From Camelus ferus (taxonomy: Eukaryota), in NCBI RefSeq assembly GCF_009834535.1, contig NC_045713.1, positions 12,772,001 to 12,836,000 on the forward strand: a stretch of 64,000 nucleotides of DNA, in the 5' to 3' direction. The notes under the pieces are model-generated. The model worked only from the letters and a program-made list of their open reading frames with translations, did not search any database and was not told the origin of the DNA. Shown one piece after another: positions 23,541 through 34,399 of the stretch. Within the stretch, counting starts at the first letter, position 1. Every line of letters begins with the position of its first letter. A program made the translations under genes and the position numbers.

Positions 23541-25918
23541 GTGAGTGACTTGTTTGTCTCTGGGAGGGCAGCCCGCCTGCCCTGCTGCTGCCAGCGCTTG
23601 TGTTGGGCGGGGCTTTTAGTTTAAATACCGGTCAGAAATCTAGTCTTATGTGACATAGTCCATGTAAATTGTTACACATATTTTGTTAACATTACTTTTT
23701 GCTTTGATTTTTCTTAATTGTTGAACATATTCCTTTTCATGTTTCTTTAAAATCTTCCTATTGTTCACTTTAATATAACGTTTTTGTTGATGAGAATTCC
23801 GGGAAGCTGGAAATGTTAGTATTTCAATTTTATTAGTTTTTCTTTAAAGTGAATGAAGTGTGCTTTCTAGACTCTTGGCAGCTCCTGTTCGCACAGGGAT
23901 GCAGCCCTCACTGCTGTTTTCCATTGCTTTCCGTCATCATCGCCTCATAAGCCGAGTAGAGGTTTGGGGACTTAATGAAGCGTGGAGGAAAGTGTAGTGA
24001 AACACCACGTAACTGGGCGTGTGTGTGCTCTGGGTCTGGATCCCCCGCCCCAGTTGCTGGCCGGAAGTCAAACAGCCAGCTCTTCAAAACACTTTTTTTT
24101 TTTTCACGGTTTTGAGGGAAAACCACTTTAGTTAAATCTTCTTAAGTATCCAGTGTTGGTCACTAAAGACTTTGTCTCTTCAAAATGAATGGTTCTTGCT
24201 GTTTTGAATCTAATCTTATTTGTACACGTTAATATTCTTTTAAAATATTTTTTAAGTTGATGATTGTCCTCTCAGTGGGATTGTGTTTGCCATAAGTTCC
24301 TGTTACGCCCAGTGAAACTGTGCAGCAGTACCCCGATGGGGGATTCCTAGAGCTCTGCAGAGGCGTACCTAACGTGGCTTTCGGTCCTCCTTTGCCTGCT
24401 TGTTGGATGCTCTGTTTCATCCCAACTTGGATTTTATTTATTTGTTTTGGCTTTATTATGCTTTGTTTTAACCATTCTGTGTCAAGGTGTTTTGTTTACA
24501 TAAGTCTTGTTCCTCCTGCTTCTAAACAGCCAACTAAGCAAACTAAACCAGGATTTTAAACTTTTTTTAGGAACGTTAAACAATCCATGATCTCTTACTT
24601 AGGGAAAAAATCAGGAAATCTTCATGGGGGAGAGCAGAGTGTATTTTAACAGCCTAAGCTCTTGGGAGTAGGTGCAGGTGCCTCTGCTTTTCCTCCCTAT
24701 CTCTCATCCATTGGGTATTTTTGCTGTAAATTTTGTATTTGTTTTTACAATTAGCTGTTAATTCTCTGAAGCAGATAGCTTGTTCTAGAATAAACATTAA
24801 AAAACCTGGAGGGTAGATGAATGACTTCCATTTGTTCAAAAAGATCCCATAAATTTTACAGCAACTAATTTGGGCTGGGGGTGCAGTCGCATGGGGGTGG
24901 GCCGCGGGTACTGGGAAGTCCTTGGGCCCCTGCTGAAGCATGTTGATCAGTGTGTGAGTGTGTGCCCTGAGCAGCCTGGGGACGTCTGGCTGCATGAGAG
25001 AGGCTGCAGGTATGAACTCGGGAGCCATGGTGTTTGGGGGTCCAAGGCCGTGTGGCCACGGCTTCTTGGCCTCAGCCCAGGGCCAAGCCACCTTTCTGCT
25101 CTTAAGCTCTGATCATTTTTCACAGATGCTCCACAGGATTAGAAACAGGTCTTGAAAAGTAGTTTCTTTTTATTTGGCTGGATCCCCAAATAACATTGCC
25201 CAATTGGAAAACCGTAACAGAGGACACGTTAAAAGTTGAATAAAAATAAATAAAAGCTCCCTAGAACATCGATACCCCCGACGATCAGAGCTTTACATTG
25301 TTACCACCTTTGGGAAGGTTTACCTGTTCGGCATTGAACTTACAGGGGAGAACTCATGACCACCTTTTATGCCAACGCACACGCACACACGCACAGCTTC
25401 CCCTCAAAGGATAACCCAGGTATCTGTCTGGTGGCTGGTGTCATGGCCTGTGGGTTCTTCTGGGTGTGTGAGCCCCAAACATGCCTAACTGATGAACTGA
25501 TGGGGATTAAGCCCTCTTCCAACTTTAGCTGGGAAAGAAGGTTTTTTAAAATGTCTTAGCACTTCACATAAAATATTGAATTACTCACTCTGAACAAAAC
25601 AAGTTTTTAAAATGTATTTGCATATGTCAGGGTATTACAGTTTCTCCCCCTAGACCAGAATTCCAAAACTCCTATTACTATAAATTTGATTCAGGGAAGA
25701 ATGTGCCCCATGTGACATCATCAGAGGGGCTGTTTTGACATCTGAAGGGTGGAAGGTGTGTTTTTTGCTGTTGAGCGTTGTTAATTAATGTGTGCTTTCT
25801 GATAATTGTGTCTTTATTGTCTTGTTTACCCCAGTAACCCTTACTGTGTATGAGTATGTGGGAAGTTCTGTGTAAATAACATAAATAGAAAAAAGATGAT
25901 TTTCCTCCCCATCCTCAG

Positions 25919-25972
25919 GAAAGCATTTCAGAGTGCGGGAGATGTTCCTTGTCTCCATTCTGTCAGTTTGAG
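25919..25972 (+). CDS. TRRAP: TRRAP cassette exon (ESISECGRCSLSPFCQFE, 18 aa)
   Basis: cctcag|GAA acceptor, GAG|gtgaga donor; 54 nt, phase 0/0. Matches my recollection of an isoform-specific human segment (ESISECGRCPLSPFCQFE). Confidence 0.88.
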
Positions 25973-26100
25973 GTGAGAACAACCTATTAAAAGTCAGTTT
26001 ATGACTTGCAATGTGAAGAACAGTTTATTTTTTCTTTTCTTTTCTTTTTTTTTTACCTTTCGTTGCCTTTTTTCATGCTGTCATTTCTGTTTTGGTTCAG

Positions 26101-26121
26101 CCTGCCGTGGAAGGGGTAGAG
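26101..26121 (+). CDS. TRRAP: TRRAP 21-nt microexon (PAVEGVE)
   Basis: About 75-nt AG-free pyrimidine tract ending ggttcag|CCT; GAG|gtgaga donor; 21 nt, phase 0/0, no stop. Confidence 0.75.
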
Positions 26122-26607
26122 GTGAGAATCTCAGCGGAGGCGCAGGAGGGGCTGTTGTCGTACTTGGTTCTGCTGTGGCTTGTGGTTCTGTGCTGGACGG
26201 AGTGTGTCGTGCCTTTGAGTGCAGTGAGCCGTACTGTCTGTCTGTGGCAGAGTCGTACCAGTACCATTGCTGTGAACTGTCCGGGGGCCACGCATGTTTT
26301 CTATTAGGATGTTTTTAAGCAAGATTCTAAGTTCTTTGGTTTTCTATCTGCTAGAATTGCAATATCTCAACATTTAAGATTCAGTTGGATTTTGCTCTCA
26401 TAATGTTTGTATGAGCTCACGCATCTAACAGCCTCTTGAGAGGAAACGCCACGAGGGATACATTGTCCCTGCGAGAAACTGGGAGGAGTCCTGCTTCCTT
26501 TCACACTGCTAACTGGCCAGCTCCCTCAAAGTGCAGGCCTCCCTGCCCTCCCCGTGCCCAGACCCCGGGGTGTCGCTCACGCCCACCACACTGATGTGGT
26601 CACGACA

Positions 26608-26730
26608 CCGTGACTTTGGACAGCCCAGCTCTGAGTTTTCCTTCTTCTGTAAAATGGGGATGGTAATCTCTGTCATTCCTGCCTTTCGGTGGTGGCGTGC
26701 AGGCCAGAAGAGGTTTCATGACAGTGCTTT
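26608..26730 (+). mobile_element. MIR fragment
   Basis: MIR core-like gtgactttggacag...ctctgagttttccttcttctgtaaaatggggatggtaat. Confidence 0.6.
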
Positions 26731-27792
26731 GAAAATGAAAACCCTTAATGTGAAAGTACCATTATTAGAATGTTATTCTAATTTCAGGATAGAACTTACT
26801 ATGTCTGAAAACTTGGAAACACTGTAGATGAGAACTCCAGAGGTGGCGTGGGGCAACACTGAGCTGGTTTTTCTCACTTTCCAGCCATCTCACTGTTTTG
26901 CCTTTTGGCTTAAAGAGGCATTTTGAGCAGTGTCTCAATTGCTGCTGGGATGTGGTCCCGCATGACTGGAGTTCATCATCCCCGTTTTACTGTGTTCCCT
27001 TAGAGTAATGGCTGTCCTGTTACTGCCACCCAGGGTGGTACCCAGGGAGCCTTCTCTCCCTGTGGCCCGAGTGGCAGACACAAAACTGGAAACTGAAACT
27101 GGGAAAGGAAAGTTGGGGTGACACTCAAGAGTGATTGACCGCTGAGCTGTTAGCACATTACAAGTGCAAAATTCTTGGCATTTCACATATTTTCATATGA
27201 TTCTGTAAAGCAGTTTGCCAGCTTTATTTTAGGCCTGGTTGACAAATTCTTAGTACCACAGTCTGTTATTTATTTACATTGATAATTAATATCCAGGGTA
27301 AATACTTTAAATATTTTTTGAGAACTTTCTGTGTGCTACGTTTTGAGGACAAAATGAGTCTGTGCCCTCAGAACTTAGGACATTGGGCCGACCCCATGCT
27401 TTCATGGCAGCATGAGGGAATCCTGCCACTCTCATGGCCCCCAGGTGTGATCACCTCCCACCTCGGGGGGCCTGACTCGGCAGCCCCAAAAGGTCACTTC
27501 CAACACTTGTCAGTGTGCGTGAAAACAAACAGCACAATCACCCAGACGTACACAGTCCGCTCCCTTCCCGCTCCGTTGAGCGATAAACTCTGAAGGCCAA
27601 GGGCAGGTAGTCTCCTTAGGCCAGAGCTGTCACCTGAGATCGGTAAGTTGTGGCTTTTACGTGTTAACTCTTGGCTTCTGTTGGCCAGCCTTGCCAGTGT
27701 AGCTAGAGCCCAGTAGGGTCTGTAGTCATGTTAGTATCTCTAGCTAGCAGGATTAATTGGCCTATTTTATAATTCCTGGTTTTTTTCACTAG

Positions 27793-27912
27793 GAAATGAA
27801 AATTTGTTCGGCAATCATAAACCTTTTTCATCTGATCCCAGCTGCCCCTCAGACTCTGGTCAAGCCTTTGTTAGAGGTTGTGATGAAGACAGAGCGTGCT
27901 ATGCTGATCGAG
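27793..27912 (+). CDS. TRRAP: TRRAP exon (EMKICSAI...RAMLIE)
   Basis: cactag|GAA acceptor, GAG|gtaatg donor; 120 nt. Confidence 0.96.
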
Positions 27913-28137
27913 GTAATGGTTAAGCTCAGGACCGGTTCTTCTTCCTCCGTCTCTTGGTTATAATGTTTTCACTTGGTCGTAATCTAACAGTGTGAAGAGG
28001 TTAGGTATTAGCATTGGCTTGTGGTTAGCACCCTCCAGTTACACGGGGGAGAAGTGCACAGTCCCTACCGTGTGAGGTCAGTGGAGCAGAGGAGCCTCAC
28101 ACCCCCGGAAGACGCGGTTGCCCCACGTGTTTTCCAG

Positions 28138-28257
28138 GCCGGCAGTCCATTCAGAGAGCCTCTGATCAAGTTCCTGACTCGCCACCCCTCACAGACGGTG
28201 GAGCTGTTCATGATGGAAGCAACGCTCAACGACCCCCAGTGGAGCCGGATGTTCATG
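28138..28257 (+). CDS. TRRAP: TRRAP exon (AGSPFREP...WSRMFM)
   Basis: ttccag|GCC acceptor, ATG|gtcaga donor (weak); 120 nt. Confidence 0.95.
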
Positions 28258-28666
28258 GTCAGAGCTCGGGCTGGAGTCGGGTCCCTGCCCAAGTTCTCTC
28301 CAGCCTGAAATTCCTATTTCACTGTCCAGTGTCCTGGCTTTGTTTTTCTCTGGCATATTTGAGTATTAGAAACATCATTGTGCGTGTGAGAAGCTCAAGT
28401 CCAGGAGTCCCTCTGTGTAGGACTTCTGTGGTGGGGACGAGTGGGTGAGCTGCTAGGCCTGTGAAACCCGTGAGGGATGATGACTGTCTAAGAAGCATGT
28501 TTTTTGAAGGCTGCTTACAGTGATGTTTTCTTTTTCTTCTCTTTTTCTTGTTTTTTTTTCTTTTTAGCCTGCCTAGAGAGGTTTAGAAAGAACCTTGGAG
28601 TTTATATTGTCTAAACCTTTTGTGGGTTTTGATTAGCTTAAAACAACTGTTTTGCTTTGTTTTCAG

Positions 28667-28831
28667 AGTTTTTTAAAACACAAAGACGCCAGACCCCTGC
28701 GAGACGTGCTCGCGGCCAACCCCAACCGCTTCATCACGCTGCTGCTGCCCGGGGGCGCCCAGCCCGCTGTGCGCCCGGGCTCGCCCAGCGCCAGCACCCT
28801 GCGCCTGGACCTGCAGTTCCAGGCCATCAAG
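28667..28831 (+). CDS. TRRAP: TRRAP exon (SFLKHKDA...QFQAIK)
   Basis: tttcag|AGT acceptor, AAG|gtagcg donor; 165 nt. Confidence 0.96.
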
Positions 28832-28923
28832 GTAGCGCATGCCCTTCTTTAGACTCCCGACGCCTGAGACGTGTAGTCGAGGCGACAGTCCTGTCAGTGT
28901 CCTCATAGTCTCTTCTTCGACAG

Positions 28924-29105
28924 ATCATCAGTATTATAGTTAAAAACGACGACTCGTGGCTGGCCAATCAGCACTCTCTGGTGAGCCAGCTGAGACGCGT
29001 GTGGGTCAGTGACACCTTCCAGGAAAGACACCGGAAGGAGAACATGGCTGCCACAAACTGGAAGGAGCCCAAGCTGCTGGCCTACTGTCTGCTCAATTAC
29101 TGCAA
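28924..29105 (+). CDS. TRRAP: TRRAP exon (IISIIVKN...LLNYCK)
   Basis: cgacag|ATC acceptor, CAA|gtgggt donor; 182 nt, ends phase 2. Confidence 0.95.
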
Positions 29106-29324
29106 GTGGGTGCCCCGTGTGCTCTGCGCCAGGACCTGCTCCTGTCACCCCATGAGCTAACCGGGGCTTCTTCCCGGATCACGTGGCTGGGCTCACCAGA
29201 CATGCAGTCAGATGGGTGGTCGGGAGTGGGCTGGAACTTTGAGCTGCTTAGAAGGCAAGTAGACGTCATGCGTAGTTAGGAAATTGGCTGTCATTTAACT
29301 CGCCTCCGTATTTTGACCCTTCAG

Positions 29325-29523
29325 GAGGAACTATGGGGACATAGAGTTGCTGTTCCAGCTGCTCCGGGCCTTCACTGGTCGTTTCCTCTGCAACATGACG
29401 TTCTTAAAAGAGTACATGGAGGAGGAGATTCCCAAAAATTACAGCATCGCTCAGAAGCGTGCCCTGTTTTTTCGCTTTGTGGACTTCAGTGACCCCAACT
29501 TTGGAGATGAACTGAAAGCCAAG
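29325..29523 (+). CDS. TRRAP: TRRAP exon (RNYGDIEL...DELKAK)
   Basis: cttcag|G acceptor, AAG|gtgggt donor; 199 nt. Confidence 0.96.
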
Positions 29524-29945
29524 GTGGGTCCCACTGTTACGCAGAAGCCACGGCGTTTAAGCTCATTTTCTAGGGAGCCAAGGGCACTGCTTGTGTCCCG
29601 CAGTGTCTCTGCTGATGCCGAAACAGTGGTCTGGGCTGTTCACGAGGAACTGCCATTGTCGAGAAACATAAGGCAGATCCAGCATGGCCAGTAGTTTGTT
29701 AGTTCGCTGGTTTATAGAACAACTTATTTGAGGCGAGAGAATTAAACCAGGCCACTGTCTCTTTTTCTCAAGTTTTTAACTTCCCTTTCTAGTTGCCCTG
29801 GGAATAAAAGTCGAGATGAGGAGCTGCACCCTTGATTGAGTCCTAACCCCGAGGGCGGCGTGGCCAGGCAGCCTGTCCTGCTGCCTAGTTAGGGGGAGAG
29901 CACGGCTTGGCTTTCCTTCTCCTTCATTCTTAAATTTTTTTGTAG

Positions 29946-30074
29946 GTTCTGCAGCATATCTTGAATCCTGCTTTCTTATACAGCTTTGAGAAGGGGGAAG
30001 GAGAGCAGCTCTTAGGACCTCCCAACCCAGAGGGCGACAACCCGGAAAGTATCACCAGTGTGTTTATAACCAAG
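29946..30074 (+). CDS. TRRAP: TRRAP exon (VLQHILNP...SVFITK)
   Basis: ttgtag|GTT acceptor, AAG|gtgacg donor; 129 nt. Confidence 0.96.
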
Positions 30075-30121
30075 GTGACGTCACTAACCGTGCACTGGCG
30101 TGAAAAGTGACTTGGGATCCC

Positions 30122-30161
30122 GGTGTGTGTTTGTGTGTGTGTGTGAGGGAGAGGGAGAGAG
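30122..30161 (+). repeat. Imperfect (TG)n-(GA)n compound microsatellite
   Basis: gtgtgtgtttgtgtgtgtgtgtgagggagagggagagaga read directly. Confidence 0.8.
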
Positions 30162-31482
30162 ATGGGTTCATTAAAATAGGCTTATTTCCCTAGGGCTTTT
30201 TTTTTTCTTGGTTGTATTAATTTACAGCAGAGCTTTTTAATTCTTAACTAGTGAATTTATTAAGGCAGCCTCACTTTGGAATGTACTTCTCCACAGTAAT
30301 AGATGCAGTGAGAAACAATATCTCAGTGAAAATTCAGAGGCCACAGGTGTTTTGTAAAAACCTTTATTGCTGGTCAGTCGAGTTTTCACCCAGTGACAGT
30401 GTTAGGCTGGATCCAGTTGCCTCTGTGCCGCTTTGCTGCCAAGGTAATGAAGCGTCGTGTGGCAGTGGCAATGTCTGAAATTGGCTTGGGTCCCAGCATT
30501 TTTACAGCAGTGTTTCTGGTTTGCATGAGAGAGGTTTCTGAAACGAAGTGTTTCTCACGTGCCTCGGCTGTCCTGTGCGGGGAGGTGTGGCGCAGGGCCG
30601 TGAGCCATGAGCCGTTGGCGTTCCCCGCCTGCAGCGTCACCGCTCTCGGGAAGGACTGTCGTTTCCTACTGCCCTGACCTGCTGTTCACCTGGGCAGGTT
30701 GCTGGTCCGTATGGGGCCTTTGTCCCCTAAAACAAGACTCCTTCTTGCAGCTTTGACCCCACACCCACCCTCCCGAGGGAATGAGAGCTGAGCACAAGGA
30801 GTTATTTTTGGTCCGCATATTGATGTTTGCCTTATTCTGGGCAGCTCTGGGGAGATGGTGGCCCAGATGTGGCCCCTTCCCTTGTGCTGCCTTCTCTGGA
30901 CTGTGTCCTCTGGGTCAACTGCACAAGTGAGGAGGTGGGATTTTGAGTGTCAATGAGGATAAATGGCGCTGGGGAGGCTGGAGCCCCTGAGGAAGGCAGG
31001 GGTCGCCGTGAAGCAGCAAATCCAGGGAAGAGAGGACTTAGAGGCTGGAGCGACCCTGATGAAAACACAGTCGTGATGGGAGACGTCAGTACCGTGGGTC
31101 TGTTGATAGGCAGAAGGTGGTCAGGGTACTTGAATGGTGCAGTCAGAATGCCTGATCCAGGAGAGACATGTAGACACTCCTCAGAGTGTACCTTTTTTCT
31201 TGCAGCCATGAAACACACAGAGAAGTCTTCCTTTTCTACCTTGAGCCCCTTTGCCCACTGCATTCTGACTTCTAAACCTACCCCTTTTTTCAACATTTAA
31301 ATACATTTAGTGGGTTTCTAACTGTATACAATGAAGGAAAATAGATGTGACATCATCAGTTCATCATTGTAAAGCCGAATATTCTATATAAAGAGAGAGA
31401 CCGGGACGTGCATTTTGTAAGGTTTAAATGTGCCGTGTGACCTTGGAAGTAGCACAGGCCAGGCAGACACGCGTCCTCTCTG

Positions 31483-31662
31483 NNNNNNNNNNNNNNNNNN
31501 NNNNNNNNNNNNNNNNNNNNNNNNNNNNNNNNNNNNNNNNNNNNNNNNNNNNNNNNNNNNNNNNNNNNNNNNNNNNNNNNNNNNNNNNNNNNNNNNNNNN
31601 NNNNNNNNNNNNNNNNNNNNNNNNNNNNNNNNNNNNNNNNNNNNNNNNNNNNNNNNNNNNNN
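31483..31662. other. Assembly gap (180 N) covering the acceptor and 5' part of a TRRAP exon
   Basis: Run of N; TRRAP coding sequence resumes mid-codon right after it. Confidence 0.97.
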
Positions 31663-31763
31663 TGTCCAAGGCCTGCGTGGACCCCGCCTGCAAGTACAGC
31701 GGACACTTGCTCCTGGCCCACATCATCGCCAAGTTTGCCATACACAAAAAGATTGTCCTGCAG
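31663..31763 (+). CDS. TRRAP: TRRAP exon, visible 3' part (LSKACVDP...KKIVLQ)
   Basis: In-frame TRRAP peptide after the gap; CAG|gtacct donor. Confidence 0.93.
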
Positions 31764-32539
31764 GTACCTGGCCGGCTGCCTCCCGGCCTCCCGATGTGGA
31801 CATGTGTCTGCACGTGTACACGTCGCTCCCTCATGCAGGCCCGGCCTCTCCTTCCCTATTGATCGTCTTTCCCAGTACGTTTAAAAATGCCATCTTTCTG
31901 TCACTGTGAAACCTCCTGTGGTGATCCATTCCCACCCCTCCCTCCCCAGTTCCTGCTCGGCCCGCTGCTTCCCTGCAGCCTTGCTTTCAAAACCATAGGG
32001 TGTCTCCCTCATCCACCTGACACTCCTCTACCCGTTACATGAAAATGTTTTGCTCCAGGGCCCCAGCTCACTGCTTAGCTAAAGACAGCGGGCACTTGTG
32101 AACTGTCATCTCCTAACCCCTGTCGGAGCTGATCTCAAGCACATCTTCCCTGCATCTCTCAATGGGTTAGGCTCTGATGTCAGGCAGCTCCTGGTTGAGT
32201 TTTGTTTCTTTCACTCATGAATTCACAACCCCGGCCGAGTTCTTGTCTCTGTGTAAGAATTAAACATACTAGTACACTTGAGCACTCAGCCGTGTGTCCC
32301 ATGATGCGCCTGGTAGGTGGTGGGTCTTGTCCCATCCTCTGAGTCATTCTCGATTGTCTCCTCTGACCACTCCCTCTTGTGAACTCCTCTGGGCCAGGAC
32401 CCGGGGGCCATCTGTGAGGCCTTGTCATTCTCCCCAGCGAGCAGGCTTGGGCAGGGCCTGCTGCACCCAGCACCCTTCCTATCCCCTCCACCTCGGTGCC
32501 AGTCAGCTGGTCTGTGTTCCCGTGATCTCCCTTTCGTCA

Positions 32540-32750
32540 GGCCTTCACCTCTCACTTGAACTATTGCAGGACTGCTTCTGAGGGTGGTCCCCTTCACTCC
32601 GTTTTCCTTACAGAGCCGGTGTGAAAAGATCTGTGTCCCTCAGTTAATTCCCGCTCATTATTTTGGAGGAGCTGGTCTTAATCATCTCTGTATGCTCCAC
32701 TGTAGTCCAGCACGAGCACGTAGTAGGTGCTCAAAAAATATCAGCAAGAG
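32540..32750 (+). mobile_element. L2 3' fragment
   Basis: Ends in L2-like cagcacgagcacgtagtaggtgctcaaaaaatat. Confidence 0.5.
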
Positions 32751-32923
32751 CATATTCATTGATCAAAACTTAACAAGAGAGGAAGTAACTACATCTAATG
32801 AGAGAGCCCAAAGGACTTTTAAAAATTATTGTACAGAACTATCATGTCTTGGTTCTAAGCGAGTGTGTTTATTTTGTTTTCTAAAGCCTTCATTCTTATG
32901 TAAGAATTTCTTCCATGTTTTAG

Positions 32924-33130
32924 GTTTTTCACAGCCTTCTCAAGGCCCATGCAATGGAAGCCCGAGCCATTGTCAGACAGGCGATGGCGATCCTGACCCC
33001 GGCGGTGCCGGCCAGGATGGAGGACGGGCACCAGATGCTGACCCACTGGACCAGGAAGATCATTGTGGAGGAGGGGCACACGGTCCCTCAGCTGGTTCAC
33101 ATTTTGCATTTGATAGTGCAGCATTTTAAG
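32924..33130 (+). CDS. TRRAP: TRRAP exon (VFHSLLKA...IVQHFK)
   Basis: ttttag|GTT acceptor, AAG|gtgtgt donor; 207 nt. Confidence 0.96.
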
Positions 33131-33380
33131 GTGTGTAAGCACCGCTGCGGATGGAGGTGGATTGCTTCAACACCAGGCCGTTTGCAGGCATTTGCTTTGA
33201 AGTTTTGCCAGTCTTTTATTTTCTGTAGCAGTGGTCACGATTCTTTTAGTGAAGGTGGTTCTGACCCATTGATGACTCTGTGCGTGTGCGGCCTTACCAC
33301 CACGGAAATGGCTGTAGTTTAGAGAACGTGGCCCCGATATATGCTTCTTTCTGTCCAAGGCTGCATTTTTCTTGTAGATT

Positions 33381-33576
33381 CAGTTGACCTTTGAACAACA
33401 GGGGTTTGAACTGTGTGGGTCCACTTATATGCAGGTTTATACAGTAAATACCTACTAGTTGGTTGAATCTGTGGGTGCAGAACCAGAGATACAGAGGGCC
33501 GACTGTAAAATTATTTTTGTGTTTTCTACTGTGTGGAGGGTGGGCACCCCAACCCCTTTTGTTCAAGGGTTGTCTG
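33381..33576. mobile_element. Tigger2-family MITE (MER8/Tigger2a-like, TcMar)
   Basis: Terminal inverted repeats CAGTTGACCTTTGAACAA ... TTGTTCAAGGGTTGTCTG; internal ggtttgaactgtgtgggtccacttat typical of Tigger2. Confidence 0.75.
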
Positions 33577-34143
33577 CTCAGTTAACAGTGAATACAGAGG
33601 AGTTGTTACTTTAAGGTGGGAGGTAGACATGTTTAACTCTGGACTTCAGTAGCTTGGCTTGAAGGAGCCTGTGGCACCTCTTTATATAATCAAATTGCCC
33701 AGTTTGTTGGATTTATTTATATGTAAATATTTCTTACATAAACAGTTGAGTTGAAAGCTAATATTTTCACAGCCAGCTCTTTTAGAATTGGGAATTTGCC
33801 TCTTGGCATGACTAAACTTTTAAGACATTAAATCTGAAGTTTGATACCTATGACTAAACTTGCCTACCTAAAGAGAAGTCAGGGTTTCGGCATTTTTAGA
33901 GATGGTACTAAAAGGCTGAACGGCACTATTATGTGGGGACGCAGTGGGGGCAGGTGGGAGGGGTAACCACACTTCCACACACGGCGGGTAGTGTGACTTC
34001 CCTGCTGCGGTTGTGGTTCGGAGTCATTGAGCGGGGGGCGGGGGGTGCTGGGGTTGGCACGGGGGGGCGGGGGGTGTGCGTGCGCGCTCGTGCGTGCTGG
34101 GGCCGTGCCGCGTCCTGGCGTGACGCTGGCCCCCCGCCTGCAG

Positions 34144-34302
34144 GTGTACTACCCGGTGCGGCACCACCTGGTGCAGCACATGGTCAGCGCCATGCAGAGG
34201 CTGGGCTTCACGCCCAGCGTCACCATAGAGCAGAGGAGGCTGGCCGTGGACCTGTCCGAGGTCGTCATCAAGTGGGAACTGCAGAGGATCAAGGACCAGC
34301 AG
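34144..34302 (+). CDS. TRRAP: TRRAP exon (VYYPVRHH...RIKDQQ)
   Basis: ctgcag|GTG acceptor, CAG|gtgggg donor; 159 nt. Confidence 0.96.
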
Positions 34303-34399
34303 GTGGGGGTCAGCCCGCTCGTGTCGCCCCTGCCTGTTCCCTGCGCTTCTCCTGAGAGGTCAGTCAGTAATGTCCAGGGTGTTGTGTTTCCTGATTCAG

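Noticed and set aside
23871-23975. Cryptic exon after tgctttctag in the cassette-containing intron
   Set aside because: Reading frame reaches TAA without a convincing donor, and there is no similarity to TRRAP.
25239-25256. Clustered AATAAA as an intronic polyadenylation site
   Set aside because: A-rich low-complexity run without a clear downstream GU-rich element; cannot be supported without 3'-end sequencing.
26122-26307. Read-through of the microexon into a hydrophobic tail (LLSYLVLLWLVVLCW) as a membrane-anchored truncated TRRAP
   Set aside because: Needs intron retention, and I found no nearby AATAAA; T/G-rich introns often translate as hydrophobic.
31356-31909. Several long ORFs spanning the N run (also 61854-62808)
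   Set aside because: Artefacts of translating N as X.
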